A stretch of 64,000 nt of DNA from Octopus vulgaris (taxonomy: Eukaryota). A program made the position numbers and the translations under genes. Shown one piece after another: positions 13,478-27,528 of this stretch. Location: positions 50,406,001 to 50,470,000 of the forward strand of contig OX597818.1 in assembly GCA_951406725.2 (NCBI GenBank). Reading direction: 5' to 3'. How positions within the stretch are numbered: position 1 is the stretch's first letter; each line of letters begins with the position of its first letter. The notes beneath the pieces are model-generated. The model made no database searches, was not told the DNA's origin, and saw only the letters and a program-made list of their open reading frames with translations.

Positions 13478-13836
13478 GCACCGTGGAGAGAAGGGGTGAA
13501 GAGAGGGTTAAACAAAAGCCAGCTTGTTTGTCAAACAGGATATTTAGAAACAATAAGAGCACTCAGAGAGCGCAAACCTCCGCCAACGATCAGCTGGAGA
13601 TGATTACTAAACAGAGAATATCTGAAATTAACTTGCTACTACTTAAATAGGGAGGTCCTCATGCATCTACGTAACACTAATCCTACAATTAATCCTAAAC
13701 TCTAAACCCTAAACCCTAAACCCTAACTCTAAACCCTAACCATAACCATGAAACTGACCCTTATCGTACCCTAACGAGTGTGCACTGTAAAAGCATCGTT
13801 ACGTCGATGCAGCGGGACCTCTGTATTTAAGTAGTG
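13478..13836 (+). mobile_element. Non-autonomous element with 20-bp internal inverted repeats around telomere-like CCCTAA(A) repeats
   Basis: CTACTTAAATAGGGAGGTCC at about 13638 and GGACCTCTGTATTTAAGTAG ending about 13834; TAAACCC array at 13695-13745; second copy at the window start. Confidence 0.6.
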
Positions 13837-14547
13837 CCATAAACCCAACCTTTTTGGTCGCGGCATTGTTTTTCATCTTAAACACGGAGCTTGGTGTGTA
13901 ATCGTGGAATGCCATAGGGAAGGTTCTGTTTATGCATCTCGAAACCGGATATTGTGTATTCGATGAGCTTCTGCACTGCCCAGTTTTGTGTCTACAGCAT
14001 TGATGTCACAACATATTAGTCATCCAACAACAAAGTGTCGTGCAGTGGGATTGAACCCAAAATCATATACTTATGATAGAAACCTCTTAACCACACAACT
14101 TCTTTTCACCCAGCCTTTCTGCACGCACTACGTTGCTGTTGTATAGCTTAAGTCAATTCAGATCAAAATACATTCCATCTGTGACCACAAACGTATTTAC
14201 TACAACCATATCTCACAGAAAGGTGTGGCTAGAAGATTTGACTGCTATTTCTACGAGGCCGAGCGAAAAGCGTTGAGGTGTCTCGTTTGCTCAGCTTAGC
14301 TGCAATGCTATGCTGGTGACTAAAGCAGAAACCACAGATGCTTGTAGAAAAAGGGATAAAAAAGAGTTAGTGTTGGAAGTTTTAATGAAACAAATTGAAT
14401 ATGAATATAAATTTATCATTTTCTATGTAATTGTTATGGCAGGTGGTAATGGAACTGCTCAGAAGTATCTTTAGAGTTGTTTCCCTTTATATGGAATTAC
14501 GAAGGGAAGGAGAAGATCGAGTGCTTCTATAAATGTTCTGCTCTTAA

Positions 14548-14634
14548 ACACACACATCGCCCGGTCTGAGATTCGAACCCGCGATCCCTCGACCGCGAGT
14601 TCGCTGCTCTAACCACTAGACCATGTTCCTCCAC
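14548..14634 (-). mobile_element. SINE family A head fragment
   Basis: Similar to 8945-9035. Confidence 0.6.
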
Positions 14635-15158
14635 GCTTATATAAATACGAGTCTTTTATTATTTGAAGCTAAGAGAAATAGAAGACTCGGTGAGCTGTGA
14701 CTAGTTCAGGTACTGTGTCTTGTTAATTAAATTTAATTAAGACGTTTGCATTCCTGATATTTAATTGATTTGATTCGTATTCTTTTATTTTTTTTTACTT
14801 GTTTCAGTCATTTTTACTGCGGCCATGCTGGAGCACCGCTTAAAAGGGTTATAGTCGAAGAAATTGACCCACCCCAGAACTTGGTCTTTGTAAACCTAGT
14901 ACTCCCGTTATCGGGCTTTTTGTGCCAAACCTCAAAGTTACGGGGACATAAACACACTAGCATCGGTTGTCAAGCGATGGCGAGGATACAAACACAGACA
15001 CAAAGACACACTCACAACTCTACTATTTCCTTCTATTTAACTCTCGCATATCGTCTCTGATATCCTTTATATCCCTGAAATAGCTGTAAGACTACCTTTC
15101 GCTTCATGAATGCTCTAGAAATTCCACACTGCCTTGGATTTGTAGTCTCATTTTATTT

Positions 15159-15222
<64 letters not shown>

Positions 15223-15286
15223 GACAGACACGCGGACAGGGAGACAGACAGACTATACATTCCTACAAATATTTATATATACAAAC

Positions 15287-15670
15287 GTTGCTCGGGTTTG
15301 TAAAGGAATTAACTATATAAGCCTTTTTAGAGAGTTACTTCCCTTATATAATAGCAAAAAAATGCATTAAAAATGGAAAAAAAATGATGGTAATTTTTTT
15401 AAAAATCGTAGACTCATCGTAGACATTTTTAGAGAATTACTTCCCTTATATAATAGCAAAAAATGCATTAAAAATGGAAAAAATTATGGTAATTTTTTTT
15501 TCAATCGTAGACTCATCGTAGACGCATGCTAATACCCAGAAGGGCTGGATATGAATCACGACTATAAGATACCCGCTTTTGGTTAAACTGCACCGCAAAA
15601 TGTGGGAGTAGTTAGGAATTTAAATCGTAGGAGACGGACACCACACAACTTTTCTTTTATATATATAGAT
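15287..15670 (+). mobile_element. Helitron-like non-autonomous element with an internal about 100-bp tandem duplication
   Basis: Starts CGTTGCTCGGGTTTG as at 18645 and ends TTTTATATATATAGAT; 15326-15424 is repeated at 15426-15523. Confidence 0.5.
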
Positions 15671-16152
15671 ATATGTTAATGCATATCTATATATTTTCAT
15701 CTAAACATATAGATATGTATTGTATGTATTTAGAGGATTTGGTTAACAATCATGACGTACTGAGTTCGATTCCCAGACTGGACTGTGTGTTGTGTTCTTG
15801 AGCTTTACTTCATGTTGCTCCTGTTTGCTCAGCTGTAGAAATGAGTTCGAATCTCACTGGTGCCAGGCTGTGTCACCCTTTGCCTTTCCCTTGGATAACA
15901 CCCGTCGCATGAAGAGTTGCATGGGCAACTACAGGTCTTCAGGAAACAACCTTGCCCAGACTTGTGCCTCAGAGGGTAATTTCTAGGAGCAATCCCATGA
16001 CCATTTATGACCGAAAGGGGTCTCTACCCTTTATGTGCACATATAGATATATAAGTGCACGGAAAGGTAAATATATTTTTTTAAATAGTTTACGTAGCTG
16101 GGTCAACCGGAGCATCAAGAAATGAAGTGTCTTGCTCAAGAACACAACACAC

Positions 16153-16310
16153 AGGAGTGGCTGTGTGGTAAGTAGCTTGCTTACCAGCTACATGGTTCCG
16201 GGCTCAGTCCCACTGCATGAAACCTTGGGCAAGTGTCTTCTACCATATCCTTGGGCCGACCGAAAATGAATGGATTTGGTAGACGGAAACTGAAAACAGC
16301 CCGTTGTATG
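16153..16310 (+). mobile_element. tRNA-derived SINE, family B
   Basis: GGAGTGGCTGTGTGGTAAGTAGCTTGCTTACC... shared with 25590 and 33964(-). Confidence 0.8.
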
Positions 16311-16399
16311 TATGTATGTATGTATGTATGTATGTATGTATGTATGTATGTATGTTTGTGTGTCTATGTCCTCCCTTCATAGCTTGACAACCAGTGGTG

Positions 16400-16700
16400 G
16401 GAGTGTTTGCGGCCCCATAACAAAGAGTGTGTTCTCAAGAAAAAACCAGCAAACGCCAAAATGTAAAAAAATAAGCAAGGCAAAAGAAAATGACCACTTG
16501 TAAAATAAAGTGTCTGACCACAGATAACACAATGGTATGGTCTCTCCTTTGGATGGAAAAACGACAACTGACCGCTTCTAGAAAATGCTTTACAACAGAT
16601 ATCACAGTAGTATGGTCTTCCTGCTGTTTGAATATGTGCTGTGGGTGACAAATTGTCCTTAGTTGAAAAAGTTTCATCACAAATAACACGAACCACTTTT
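16400..16700 (-). pseudogene. Degraded C2H2 zinc-finger array fragment
   Basis: ICDETFS...H, RPYYCDICCKAFSRSGQL and ERPYHCVICGQ resemble Kruppel fingers and linkers, with His residues lost. Confidence 0.7.
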
Positions 16701-16779
16701 GAGAAGGTAGAGGTTGCCTACTGCATGATATCAGCACAAATTCCATCTGACCCATGCAAGCATGGAAAAGTAGACGTTC

Positions 16780-17357
16780 ACAGCAGCCATATTCCTACCG
16801 CTCTATGTCACGCTGGTGAGACCCATATTGGAGTACGGGATTCAAGCCTCTTCTCCTTATCTCCTCAAAGACATACAGCATCTCGAAAGAGTCCAGAAGC
16901 TGGCTACCCACATGGTTCTTGGTCTCAAGAATTTGTCTTATGAAGAAAGGCTGAAGACGCTCGACCTTTATTCTCTAGAAAAACGACGACGCCGTGGAGA
17001 TCTCATTCTTGCTCACAACATCATAAGCGGAAAGTGTAACCTCTCGAAAGAGCTGTTCTTCACTCCTGCTCCAGAGCGTCGGCTGCGGGGTCATTCCGAA
17101 AAGCTCTATCTGCGACGATTTCATCTCAATCGAAGGAGAGGGGCTTTCTCCGTCCGGGTTGCGGATCCGTGGAATATGCTGCCGGACGAGATAGTGAAGA
17201 TGCCGACGACCGCTCGGTTCAAAGTCTCCCTTGACTTCAACTGGCCTGAACTCTTTACATGAACACCACCCTGTACATAACCCCATGTCCCCCTACATGG
17301 CCTTGCATTTTGCTTTTTGAGCCAAAAATTAACTAACTAACTAACTAACTAACTAAT
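16780..17357 (+). mobile_element. CR1-clade LINE 3' end
   Basis: RPILEYG...LERVQK...LSYEERL...LEKRRRRGDLI...FSVRV..WN.LP; (TAAC)n tail at 17329-17357. Confidence 0.88.
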
Positions 17358-18470
17358 AATGTTGGTGGAGTATCATTGAAAGGAGATTTGGCTGCTATTT
17401 TCATATTTTTTAAACTCTTTTTATTTTTTGTCTCCAGAGGACTTTTCTTACAAAGAGTATAATTGTTTTAGAATTTAAGAAACAGCACATGAACCAAAGA
17501 GGAAACTTCCGTGTTGTCTTCTGACCTTTTAGAGGGAGCAGGTCAGATTCCTCTCAAATCCCATCCCATCTTCGTCATCATAATTATAATCATCATCAGT
17601 TTAACAAACTCTTAGCAATATTGGATTTCATATAAAGGATTTATGTAGAACTGTATCTGGTTACATTTCATTCATATTTTTTAAGGAATATTGATTTCAT
17701 TAACTAAGGTGATTCATTTTTCATTCTTTTAAACTCCACTATTCCTCAATGGTTTACACCTGTATCCAATGATGTTCTATCTGAGATCACAGGAGATCAT
17801 AAAATGCTGAAACGTCTAATTTTGTTCCCAATACCAGCTTAGAGTAAGTTTCTAAACTTAGTTTATTTAACACGTACTTCGTATGAAAATGCGTAAAAAT
17901 ACGATCGCGAACACAAGCAGACGAACTGGAACTCTACCAAAGGAACTCTGGAGTAACGTTACTCGACAGGGCATAACTCGGAGATCAGGAAGTTCCTCAA
18001 GGTCGAATCAGTACTTCACATTGAGAAGTCGCAGCCCTGGTACTACGGACATGCGATTAAAATGTTACAGGAATGAATCGTAAGATGGGTTCTTTAAGTT
18101 GGATCAATCGGCAGGAGACAGGTGTAGACCAAGAATGAGATAGTTGGATAAGGTTCAAAGCCTTAGTTGGACACGTTTGAGAATCTAGCAGGAAAGTTTA
18201 ATTATGGTTGTTTCTGACAGGACTCTATGGAGGAGATGCTCAAAGGGAGGAAGGCAGGCAGAAAGGAAGAGAAGAATGGACGGACGGATGTTTCCATGTA
18301 GTTTTCATCCTTTTATTAACCTGCATCGTTCATAATAGCATGTGAATATATATTTGATTTAACGAAACAACATTGGTGAGATAACGAACATAACATACAA
18401 TGACGTAGTTTTAATTCTTCCTATTTATTTCGTCTTCAATAATTATGAACAACTTTCATAATATCATCTA

Positions 18471-20080
18471 TTTGGTTGTCCGGAAAGTTCTGAGCGGTTT
18501 TAAACTAATTCTTTTAAGCCTTCCTAGAACACACCTGAAACGAAACACAGTTAAAACTCTGGTGTTGCTTGAAGTGGAAGTGCATCTCTTCTTTGTTACT
18601 GACTAAGAATAGATTTATCTTTTCATTAGCAGCATCGTCCGGTGTTGCTCGGGTTTGTTTCGACCCTTTAGAATTGGAATTTTTGAAAAGTAGCTTGTTA
18701 TTCCCTTTAAGTGAACATTTTTATGGTTGAAATACACCGAAAAATGGCAACACAGTAGTCAAAAAATCGTAAAAAATCGGGATTTTCATAGAAAAAAAAG
18801 CACCTTTTTGATATAAATAATTTTTGGTGTTAACATGGTCCGATTTGAATTTTATCTCCTACGGAATGAAGAGCAAGCCATCTTATATCATACTCTCAAT
18901 TTTGGTCAATTTGCGCCGCAGGGTCTCGGAGGAGATAGTGTTAATTGAAGGCTACCAAACCTGCCACACACAGACAACTTCAGCTTTATATATAGAGAGA
19001 TTACGGCTATCCTTTATTGACATTTGAAATAGTTACGCGTTGTAATGCCTTTCTTTTTCAAAAAGCAGAAAATGTTGCAAACGCTTGCAAAAACATTTGT
19101 GAAGTTTATGGCGATGATGCTGTATGTGAATCAACTGTTCGATGGAAGCTTGCAAAATTTTAAGCTGGAGAGTTTAGCTTGGAAGAGGACAAAATCAAAT
19201 TTGGATGAAGATGTTTTGAAAGCAACAGTCGAAGACAACTCAAATATCACGGCTAGAGAAGTTGCAGAGGAGTTGGAAGTTTCTAAAAGTACGGCTCATG
19301 AACACCTATTGAAGCTAGAATATATTTCTCGCTATAATGTATGGGTCCTTCGCGGACTCTCAGAAAAGAATTACTTAGACCGGTATTCTATTTGTGATAT
19401 GCTTTTGAAACGGAATGAAAGCATACCATTTTTGAAACATGTAGTGACTGAAAATGAAAAAGGGATTGTGTGGGGAAAAGATCCTGGAGTTTGTGTAAGG
19501 ATTTCCCAAAACAGCAACCAAAGACGAATATCCATGCCAAAAAAGCTATGCTTTGTGTTTGGATGGAGCATAAAGGCATTATTTATAATGAGCTTCTCTC
19601 ACAAAACCAGACCAATAATTCTAAAGTGTACTGTCGTCAGGTGGCTAATTTCAAAACAAACAAATCAAAGAATTGAGGCTGAAGATCGCCAACAGGAAAC
19701 GGGTAGTGTTCCAACGAGACTATGCCCTACCACATGTGTCTTTCGCTACCCGAACAAAGTTACATGGACTTGGCTGGGATCTCTTACTCCATCCACCATA
19801 TTCTCCTGATATTGTACAATCCAACTACTACTTGTTTTTGTTTCTACAGAACATATTGCAAGGAAAAATATTTAACTATCCAGATGGAGTCAAAATGCAT
19901 CTAGATAACTTTTTTTCATCAAATTTTATGCTGATGTAAATATTTCAATTGCCTGATAGATGGGCAAATGTCATTAATAAAAAGGAAAATTATTTAATTG
20001 AATGAAATTTATTGAAAGATCAATCATTTATATCACATTTTACATATCAAATAACGTTCAGAACTTTCCGGACTACATAA
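18471..20080 (+). mobile_element. Mariner DNA transposon with inactivated transposase
   Basis: 26-bp TIRs (TTTGGTTGTCCGGAAAGTTCTGAGCG / CGTTCAGAACTTTCCGGACTACATAA) flanked by TA; remnants WVLRGLSE, VVTENEK, HPPYSPDI. Confidence 0.9.
18626..19001 (+). mobile_element. Helitron-like non-autonomous element nested in the mariner
   Basis: Reverse complement of 55245-55641; TAGCAG...TATATATAGAGAGAT termini. Confidence 0.7.
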
Positions 20081-20869
20081 TAATATTTTCCAGAAGATTC
20101 CTAATGTCTGTGTGACTGGACGTTACAACTCAATGTCGACTCAACATAAACATGTTAAGTAAAAGAAAAGAAGGTGAGAAACTAATTTACTGAGCAGAGC
20201 GACATCGTTCTGTGTGTACTGCTCAGTGGCTCTTTAGTCTGAGGTTGAATTCGCCAACTTTTTATAAGCTTCACACAATCTACTTAGCGGAAAAAACTAG
20301 CACACTTCCAATGAAGTTCCTCGCATCGTCCATTATATGTCAATGAATTATGATCGGTTGAGTTATATTTGCATTGGTTCACAGCGACACATTGCTTTTT
20401 ATGGCGGTATGGCAGATCGTGGTCCTGAGCCGGAATAATCAAAAAGTTATGGTTCAAAATTCAGCAGGAGACTCGAAACATGTCAGACTAGAGTGTGTAG
20501 AATTTTCCAGTCGGTTAGTGTGAATTTTGCAGCCGGCACTTATAAAAGAAGTGTCTCTAGATATTTAGGTAGCTGTCAGAACTTTTATCATTTTCTTGTG
20601 GTCTGCATCCTTCGGGAATTCTCGCTTAGGGAAAAAAGCGGATGCGAAGCAGAACATTTTTGTGAGTCCCTTCCTGGGCGGTAGTTGATTTAAGTTGGGT
20701 GCGTAAGAATTTATTCTCCGCGAAGCTGCAGTCAGCTAAGGCTTCGTTGCTGTAATAGTCCACCTTATCAACGCTTTGTTTAAAGAATGACAGGTTATCA
20801 ATTCTTATCCTAATATTGTTTTCAAATTTTGGGACGAGGCCATTAATTTCGAACGGGTGGAGCAGGAAC

Positions 20870-21410
20870 TTAATTCGATTACATCAACCTCAGTATTTAA
20901 CTGGTACCTATTTTATCGACACCAAAAGGATCAAAGGCTTAGCCGACCTCGGTGGAATTAGAACCCAGAACGTAAAGATGGACAAAATGCCGGTAGTAAT
21001 TTGTTCGGTGCAGTAACGATTCTACTAGCTCGCTGCCTCCTTCAAATTTTAGCACAAGACCAGCAGTTTGTGGGGTCTAAGTCGATCGCATTGGACCGTA
21101 GTATTCAGCTGGTACTTGCTTGGTCGTAAAGTCGACATGGGCAGAATTTGAACTCATATCATTAAGGCAGACGAAATACCTATTTCTTTACTACCCACAA
21201 GGGGCTAAACACAGAGAGGACAAACAAGGACAGAAAAACGGATTAAGTCGATTATATTGACCCCAGTGCGTAACTGGTACTTATTTAATCGACTCCGAAA
21301 GGATGAAAGGCAACGTCGACCTCGGCGGAATTTGAACTCAGAACGTAACGGCAGACGAAATACCGCTGAGTGTTTTGCCCGGTGTGCTAACTATTTCGCC
21401 AACTCGCCGC
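20870..21410 (-). mobile_element. Cluster of family C SINE copies
   Basis: 21166-21410 is the reverse complement of 32548-32790; degenerate copies lie upstream. Confidence 0.8.
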
Positions 21411-23851
21411 TTTAAAATTCTTATCGTAACATTTGCGAATACAAGTGTTTGTTTATACACCTCGGTTTCTCACCACATTTATGCAATGGTTTGCCTGAAT
21501 TGCTTAAACAGAATGGAGCATCAAAGAAGTCTACGTTGATAATATTAGTAGCTGTGGTAATATTTTGTGGCTATGAGGTTCTTTCCGAACGTGGCTAGAG
21601 CATGAACGGGATTATGATGCGACAATTCTAAACTGTCGTCTCGATACAATCCATCTTACCCTCTATTAGGGGTCACTGCATATAGGCCGACTTGGTATCA
21701 TTTGGCTTCGCTGTCGAGTGAACCCCCAAATAACGCTTTTAAAAGCGTTTCCTGTCTGAATGCAAAGCACGCAAGGCTTGCGTAAGCTATATTGAATGAA
21801 TGCAAAAAAATAAATTGTGTAATGGTCGTCCAAGGCGATTCATGACGTTCAGTTTTGTTATTGCGTATTAAATGCATGTTTGCGCATGACTGAATGAGCG
21901 CCTCTTATAAACTGTACTATCTGGATGTTAAGCGAAGTGTTTTGTTTATCATCTGGTTCTGTTATATTGTCATTTGCTCGTTTCATAGGAAGTGTAAATA
22001 GAAGGGGAACGTCAGGAAAAAAACTAGGAACCACGCGAGTAAATGATCAGAAGGGAGTGGTTAGAAACAAAAAACAGAGAGAGGGGGAGAGCGAGACAGT
22101 TAGATAGAGAGAAACAGTGAGAGGGGGAAACAAATAGAGAGAGAGATGATCCGGTGTGAAATTTTGCTGTATTAATTATTTCTCTCCTCATTCTTTCATT
22201 GTTTAGTTTGTTTCTGTTTGTGGAGGTTGTTCGACCACAGAAGAGGCTTAAAACACTTACAGTTAATATCTTGGCTAACTTTTCATTTTATTTCTATTTT
22301 CTCCCGTTCAACCAAGCAACCATCAATTTGAAACTATTTCTTAATTTTCTCTTTTCTTTCCTTTTCTACTTATTGAACTGAAAATGGGAAAAGGTAAATA
22401 TAATTTTCTAATTTTTTAAGGGCTTTTTTCCTCTTCGATTCCGTAAAATTTCCTGTTCGATTCCGTACAATTTCTGATCGTTCTTTAATTCGTTAGCATT
22501 GTCAAGCACTTTCCCACCTCATTCTTCCCTTGAAAGAGTCTTTGTTGTTGTTGTTATTGATGCTGTTGTTCTTCTTCGTTTTTTTCTTCTGCTGCTGTTG
22601 CTATTGTTGTTGTTGTTGTTGTTGAAGTTGATGAAGATGAAGATGTTGCTCTTCTTACGTCAACGCTCTGATTGACCAGTCCTGCGACCAAAGGTGCTCC
22701 AGCCTTTGTTTTGGTCTTCGCCATTTTACTCGGTCACTAATGTCGCGGTGGTTGCTTGTTAGTGTGTGTTGTATTGTTGAAGATCATCGTCGTTTGGTCT
22801 AGCTGGCTGCGTGTACTATAAATGAAGTAAATCACGAACTTTTAGTATATTTATTGAGGGACATGATTTACTTTGCGGCTATCTATAAGAGAAAAATGCA
22901 GAAACAATAACCGATGGCTGGGAGGAGAGATCTGCACTGTGTCTTGTTGAAGGCTAGCTGTCGTACATCGTATATGTCTGAAGTCATCTCTTGCTCCTGG
23001 TCGTCCTAAGCAGTCTGCTTGCAATGAGTGCCCAAGATGGTCAGCCTGAGTTAGGCACCAAACAGCTTTTATAGAGTAACAGGAGGGCGAATTCTAGCTC
23101 TTCCGAGAAGCCATATCACACCACAGCTCCACATCGACAGGTTGATTTATAGATCAATCGCGGGAAACTGGTGGCTTACCCGTGATCTCTAACTGAATAT
23201 CTTGCTGTTCGAATATCTGCATGTCTATCAGATGTTTCATTGTCAAATGTATCTTAAATGGATGGCTGAGTATAAATGGTGAAAATATTTTGCTGCTATA
23301 TCAAACAGTTTAAAAAGCTCAAAAGCAGAGTTAATGAGATTTCTATAACAAGTCTGACTCCCTTGAACACAGTTGAGCACTGACTTTTAAAAGAGAGCCT
23401 TTCTTCGTTGTACCTTGAAGTGATATAATTTCTGAGATTTACCAAAATCTGCACTCCACCCACCATATGAATAAATGAAAGTCTATCGATGCCCAATTGT
23501 TTCACTTCTGGTCCCTCTATAGTGTGAACCCTTTTGTTACCATATTTCTGTTGAGAATATAACCAAGCTATCATTAATCTAGTGTTTGAAACATAAATCG
23601 TGACTAAGGTTTGGTGGAAGATTTTGACTCAGAACTTTTGAAAACAAAACATTTGTACTAGAGAGCCAGAGGCGGTCTCAGCAGGGTTGGTATCGAAAGG
23701 GTTACTGAACTGTTTTTGGTTTCTTAAAACCTTTTTGGCAGGTATGAGAGTTCATGAAAGTTATTGAATACACCTATGAACGAAATTCTGCCGTCGCGAA
23801 CGAACGCTGATTCCTTTAGAATCTAGTTGCGATTTTCCCTTTTGACGGGCG

Positions 23852-24215
23852 TGGGCATGGCTTTGTGGTGAAGAAGCTCGCTTCGCATCCACTTGGTTCC
23901 GGGGTTCAGACCCACGACACAGTTTCTTGAGCAAGTATCTTCTACTGCTGATCAAGGCCTTGTGGGAAAAGTTGGTTGACGGAAACTGGATGGAAGCCTG
24001 TAGTGTGTGTGTCTTTGTGTTCGTCGCTCATCACCTCTTGATAACCGGCGTCTGTTCATTTACATCTCAATAACTTGAGATGTAACGGCAATAGTAACGA
24101 AATAAGATAAATACCAGACTTTAAAAAAAGGAGTATCGGGATTTCTTTGTTCGACTAAAACGCTTGAAGGTAGTGCTCCATCATGACCGCAGTCCAATGA
24201 AAAGTAAAGTAAAAG
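23852..24215 (+). mobile_element. Diverged family B SINE
   Basis: Collinear similarity with 25590-25975. Confidence 0.6.
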
Positions 24216-24399
24216 TATCGTTCTTGCATGGAAATCTAAATGATTTTCAGTAAAATTGAATCGGAGATGAAGCTCTCTATTGGGAAACTATGAATTTCAC
24301 CATTCAAGGAGTACGCAAGATTTTGAAATGTTGAGTACTAAAAATTTTGAAATGAAATACAGTCTTCTCTTATTATCATAACTCCATTCACACCTGTGA

Positions 24400-24890
24400 T
24401 GCATTATAAGAACTTGCATTGAATACCATAGTCATCTTTCGACTGGAGCCTGCTTTGATTACCTTAACTTCCTTGATCGAATTAGAAAACGATTTAAGTC
24501 ATCTTTCTAATCGATTGGCGTCTTGCTCACCGTCAAAATATATTTTCGCTGTGACTCTACAAGTATTTCCAGGGTCATTGCTCTGATGAAATTTCTAGTC
24601 TGATACCTTCTATCAAGACCTTAAAATGTGTCACCCGCTTCTCTTCCCAGGCGCATCATTTCTTCGTTGAACTTTCTGTTACTCTTAAGTCCTCTAATTC
24701 TAATAGCTATTCTCGAACTGATGCTTTCTAGAAGCAACTCTTATCATCATGTTCTTCTTTGGTTTTTGATGTTTAGTCCTTTAAGCTGTCAATCGAGAAC
24801 ATTTCAATTTGCACTCCCACAGCTTTTCTTCTTTGTAATTTCTTATGCCACAGGGGCCTCAACCCTTCTTTGCCACAAAATCGTATAAGT
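24400..24890 (+). mobile_element. Old Jockey/L2-like LINE 3' fragment
   Basis: LAHRQNIFSL*LYKYFQGHCSDEISSLIP resembles LINE ORF2 C-termini. Confidence 0.45.
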
Positions 24891-25356
24891 ATAAAATTAT
24901 ATGAATATTAAATCGACCTCATAATTTAACTAGTACTAAACTTTATTCGCCCCGCAAGGGTAATTACTAAAGTTCACCTCGACGGATTTGAACTCAAAAC
25001 ATAAAGAAACGTGAGTAAATGCTGCTGGTCTTTGATCAAAAGCGTTCCACTCTCGGCCGTCCCTTCTTTTTTAAGACAGTACGCTGTTATTTGCAAAAGG
25101 TTTGGCTGCTAGTTCTAGCAGATCGGACAACCACTTAGAAGCTTCTTTTCGTAGGTGTGCTTAGTTGGTCATATATTCCCAATTATTTTCAAATATGTTT
25201 GGAGAGTCTACTCTCTCTCTCTCTCTCTCTCTCACTCACTCTTTCTCTCTCTCTCTCTCTCACTCTTTCTCTCTCTCTCTCTCACACACACACACTTCAT
25301 ATTATTTATAACATTATCTCGAAGTTAATAAATTCTGATGACTTCAACAATGTGGT

Positions 25357-25459
<103 letters not shown>

Positions 25460-25589
25460 ATACACCAGAGGAAACAACTCGAGAGTTGTGTTCCGGAGTG
25501 TAGCAGTTTGTGGAAAGTAGCGATTGGAATTATAGGACTTATGACTAACAGAGAAATGATAAGTCAGGGAAGAGCATGTCCATTGTCCA

Positions 25590-25975
25590 TTGTAGTAAGT
25601 AGCTTGCTTACGAACCACATGGTTCTGGGTTCAATCCCACTGCGCGGTACCTTGTGCAAGTTTCTTCTACTATAGCCTCGAGCCGACCAAAACCTTCCGA
25701 GTGGATTTGGTAGACGGAAACTGAAAGAAGCCCGTCGTATATATGTATGTATATATGTGTGTGTGTATATGGTTATGTGTCTATTATTGTCCCCCCAACA
25801 TCGCTTGACAACTGATGCTGGTGTGTTTATGGTTCCCGTAACTTAGCGGTTCGGAAAAAGAGGCCGATAGAATAAGTACTAGGCTTACAAAGAATAACTC
25901 CTGGGGGCTATTTGCTCGAATAAAGGCGGTGCTCCAGCATGGCTACTGTCAAATGACTGAAACAAGTAAAAGAAA
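25590..25975 (+). mobile_element. Family B SINE
   Basis: Matches 16153 and 33550-33964. Confidence 0.8.
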
Positions 25976-26046
25976 GAAAAAAAAGGAAGATATTGATATA
26001 TATATCTGCCTCAACTATCTAAGGACAATAAGGGGTCCAAACCTCC

Positions 26047-27098
26047 ATTTGAACCCCAACGTGGAAGCTTCGAATGTAACGCTGAGTTTGAAATAGTGCA
26101 ATGTTGTCGATGCCTTAACCGCCAGCCACAGTGATTCTGAAATTGCAGCCTTCATAAATTTTGCCAGACCCTTCGTGTTTACGATCAGAAATGAGCTCCT
26201 GGCCCCGAGTGGGAATTTATGTTCCATCACCAAAAGCAAAAATACAGTAATCACTCGCCATATTGCAGTTCACCTATCGGGCCGTCAGTATTTCGCGGAT
26301 TTTTCTGGCTAATATATGTAAATTTATATCGCGGACTCCTCATTATATAGCGGGTCTCTGCGGGCGATAGCTATTTATAGTTTTTTAGATTTTAATTATT
26401 TCTGTGGTAAAATAAGCGTTTTATCACCTAAAAATTAATAAGTTAATAAATCAAAATACAGTGCAGTACTGCACTGTATAACACATTAATTAAAATATAT
26501 TAAAAGAAAATACGTAGTGTACCGTAGATAAATAAACAAAGAATCGCACATACTGTATGAAAAACGAAACCCGGAAGGCGAGTGTGTGGTGTTGTTTTGC
26601 AATTATGATAAAATAGATATATACAAATTATAAAAATAATAATAAAATATAGAGTACAGAACTGTTTCTACTTCGCGGATTTTCACCTATCGCGGGGTAT
26701 TTGGAACGTAATACACGTGACAGTTGTACACTCTCGATAGTCAGATATTGTCAGAAAAGTCGAGTTTGTCGAGTTTATCGAGTTTGTCCAGGCATCTTCA
26801 ACAATGACCTCAGCAAGTGAATGACAGTCATTGCCTATCATCTTCACTTGCTGATGGCGCCCTGGGTTAGTTAGGCAAAATCGAATTTTTTGACAATATC
26901 TGATTATCGGGAGTGTAATTTTGCTTTTGGCTCCGCTAAGGGCCAAGAGATCTTTTCTGATCTAAGATCTGAAAAGGGCCTGGGAAAATTTATGAAGGCT
27001 GCAACTCCAGAATCACGGTGGCTGGTGGATAAGGCATCGAAAGCAGCATGCTTTTTCGCGGCCTGCGTTACATTCGAAGCTTCCACATTTGGGTTCAA
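26047..27098. mobile_element. Old MITE-like element with diverged inverted ends of about 140 bp
   Basis: 26047-26175 is a diverged reverse complement of 26975-27098 (both translate FMKAA.ES.WL..KAS...VTFEAST.GFK). Confidence 0.6.
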
Positions 27099-27216
27099 AA
27101 GGGAGAGAGTATTTAGTTAAAGTTTGGATCACTTATGGTCCACAACGGTTTTTCCTAAATACTTGAGGCATATGTGTGTGTATAAAAACACATACATACA
27201 TACATGCATGCATGCA

Positions 27217-27528
27217 TAATTATAGAAGCAATTATGCAGATAAACAAATTAAATATAAAGCAATTATGCGGATAAACAAATTAAATATAAAGCAATTATG
27301 CGGATAAACAAATTAAATATAACAGCTCATCCATTGTTTATTTGCTTCCATTACGGGCCGCATGTTTTGGTGAACTACATCTATCAACATTATGATGGAT
27401 CTCCGCGCCCCGAGATACAATACCTTACAATACCTTACCTCTTCCCCTTAAAATCTCGTTTGTACTCATTTGTACTCGTTTGTACTCATTTGTACTCGTT
27501 TGTACTCATTTGTACTCGTTTGTACTCT
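27217..27528. repeat. Minisatellites: about 34-bp unit x3 and (TTTGTACTCR) x7
   Basis: Direct reading. Confidence 0.85.

Noticed and set aside
13695-13775. True telomere or chromosome fusion site
   Set aside because: Short, degenerate and internal to a dispersed repeat.
22740-23290. Possible solo LTR (minus-strand TATA and AATAAA)
   Set aside because: Termini and TSD could not be defined and there is no second copy in the window.
27217-27528. CRISPR-like array
   Set aside because: Head-to-tail minisatellites with no unique spacers, in a eukaryotic context.
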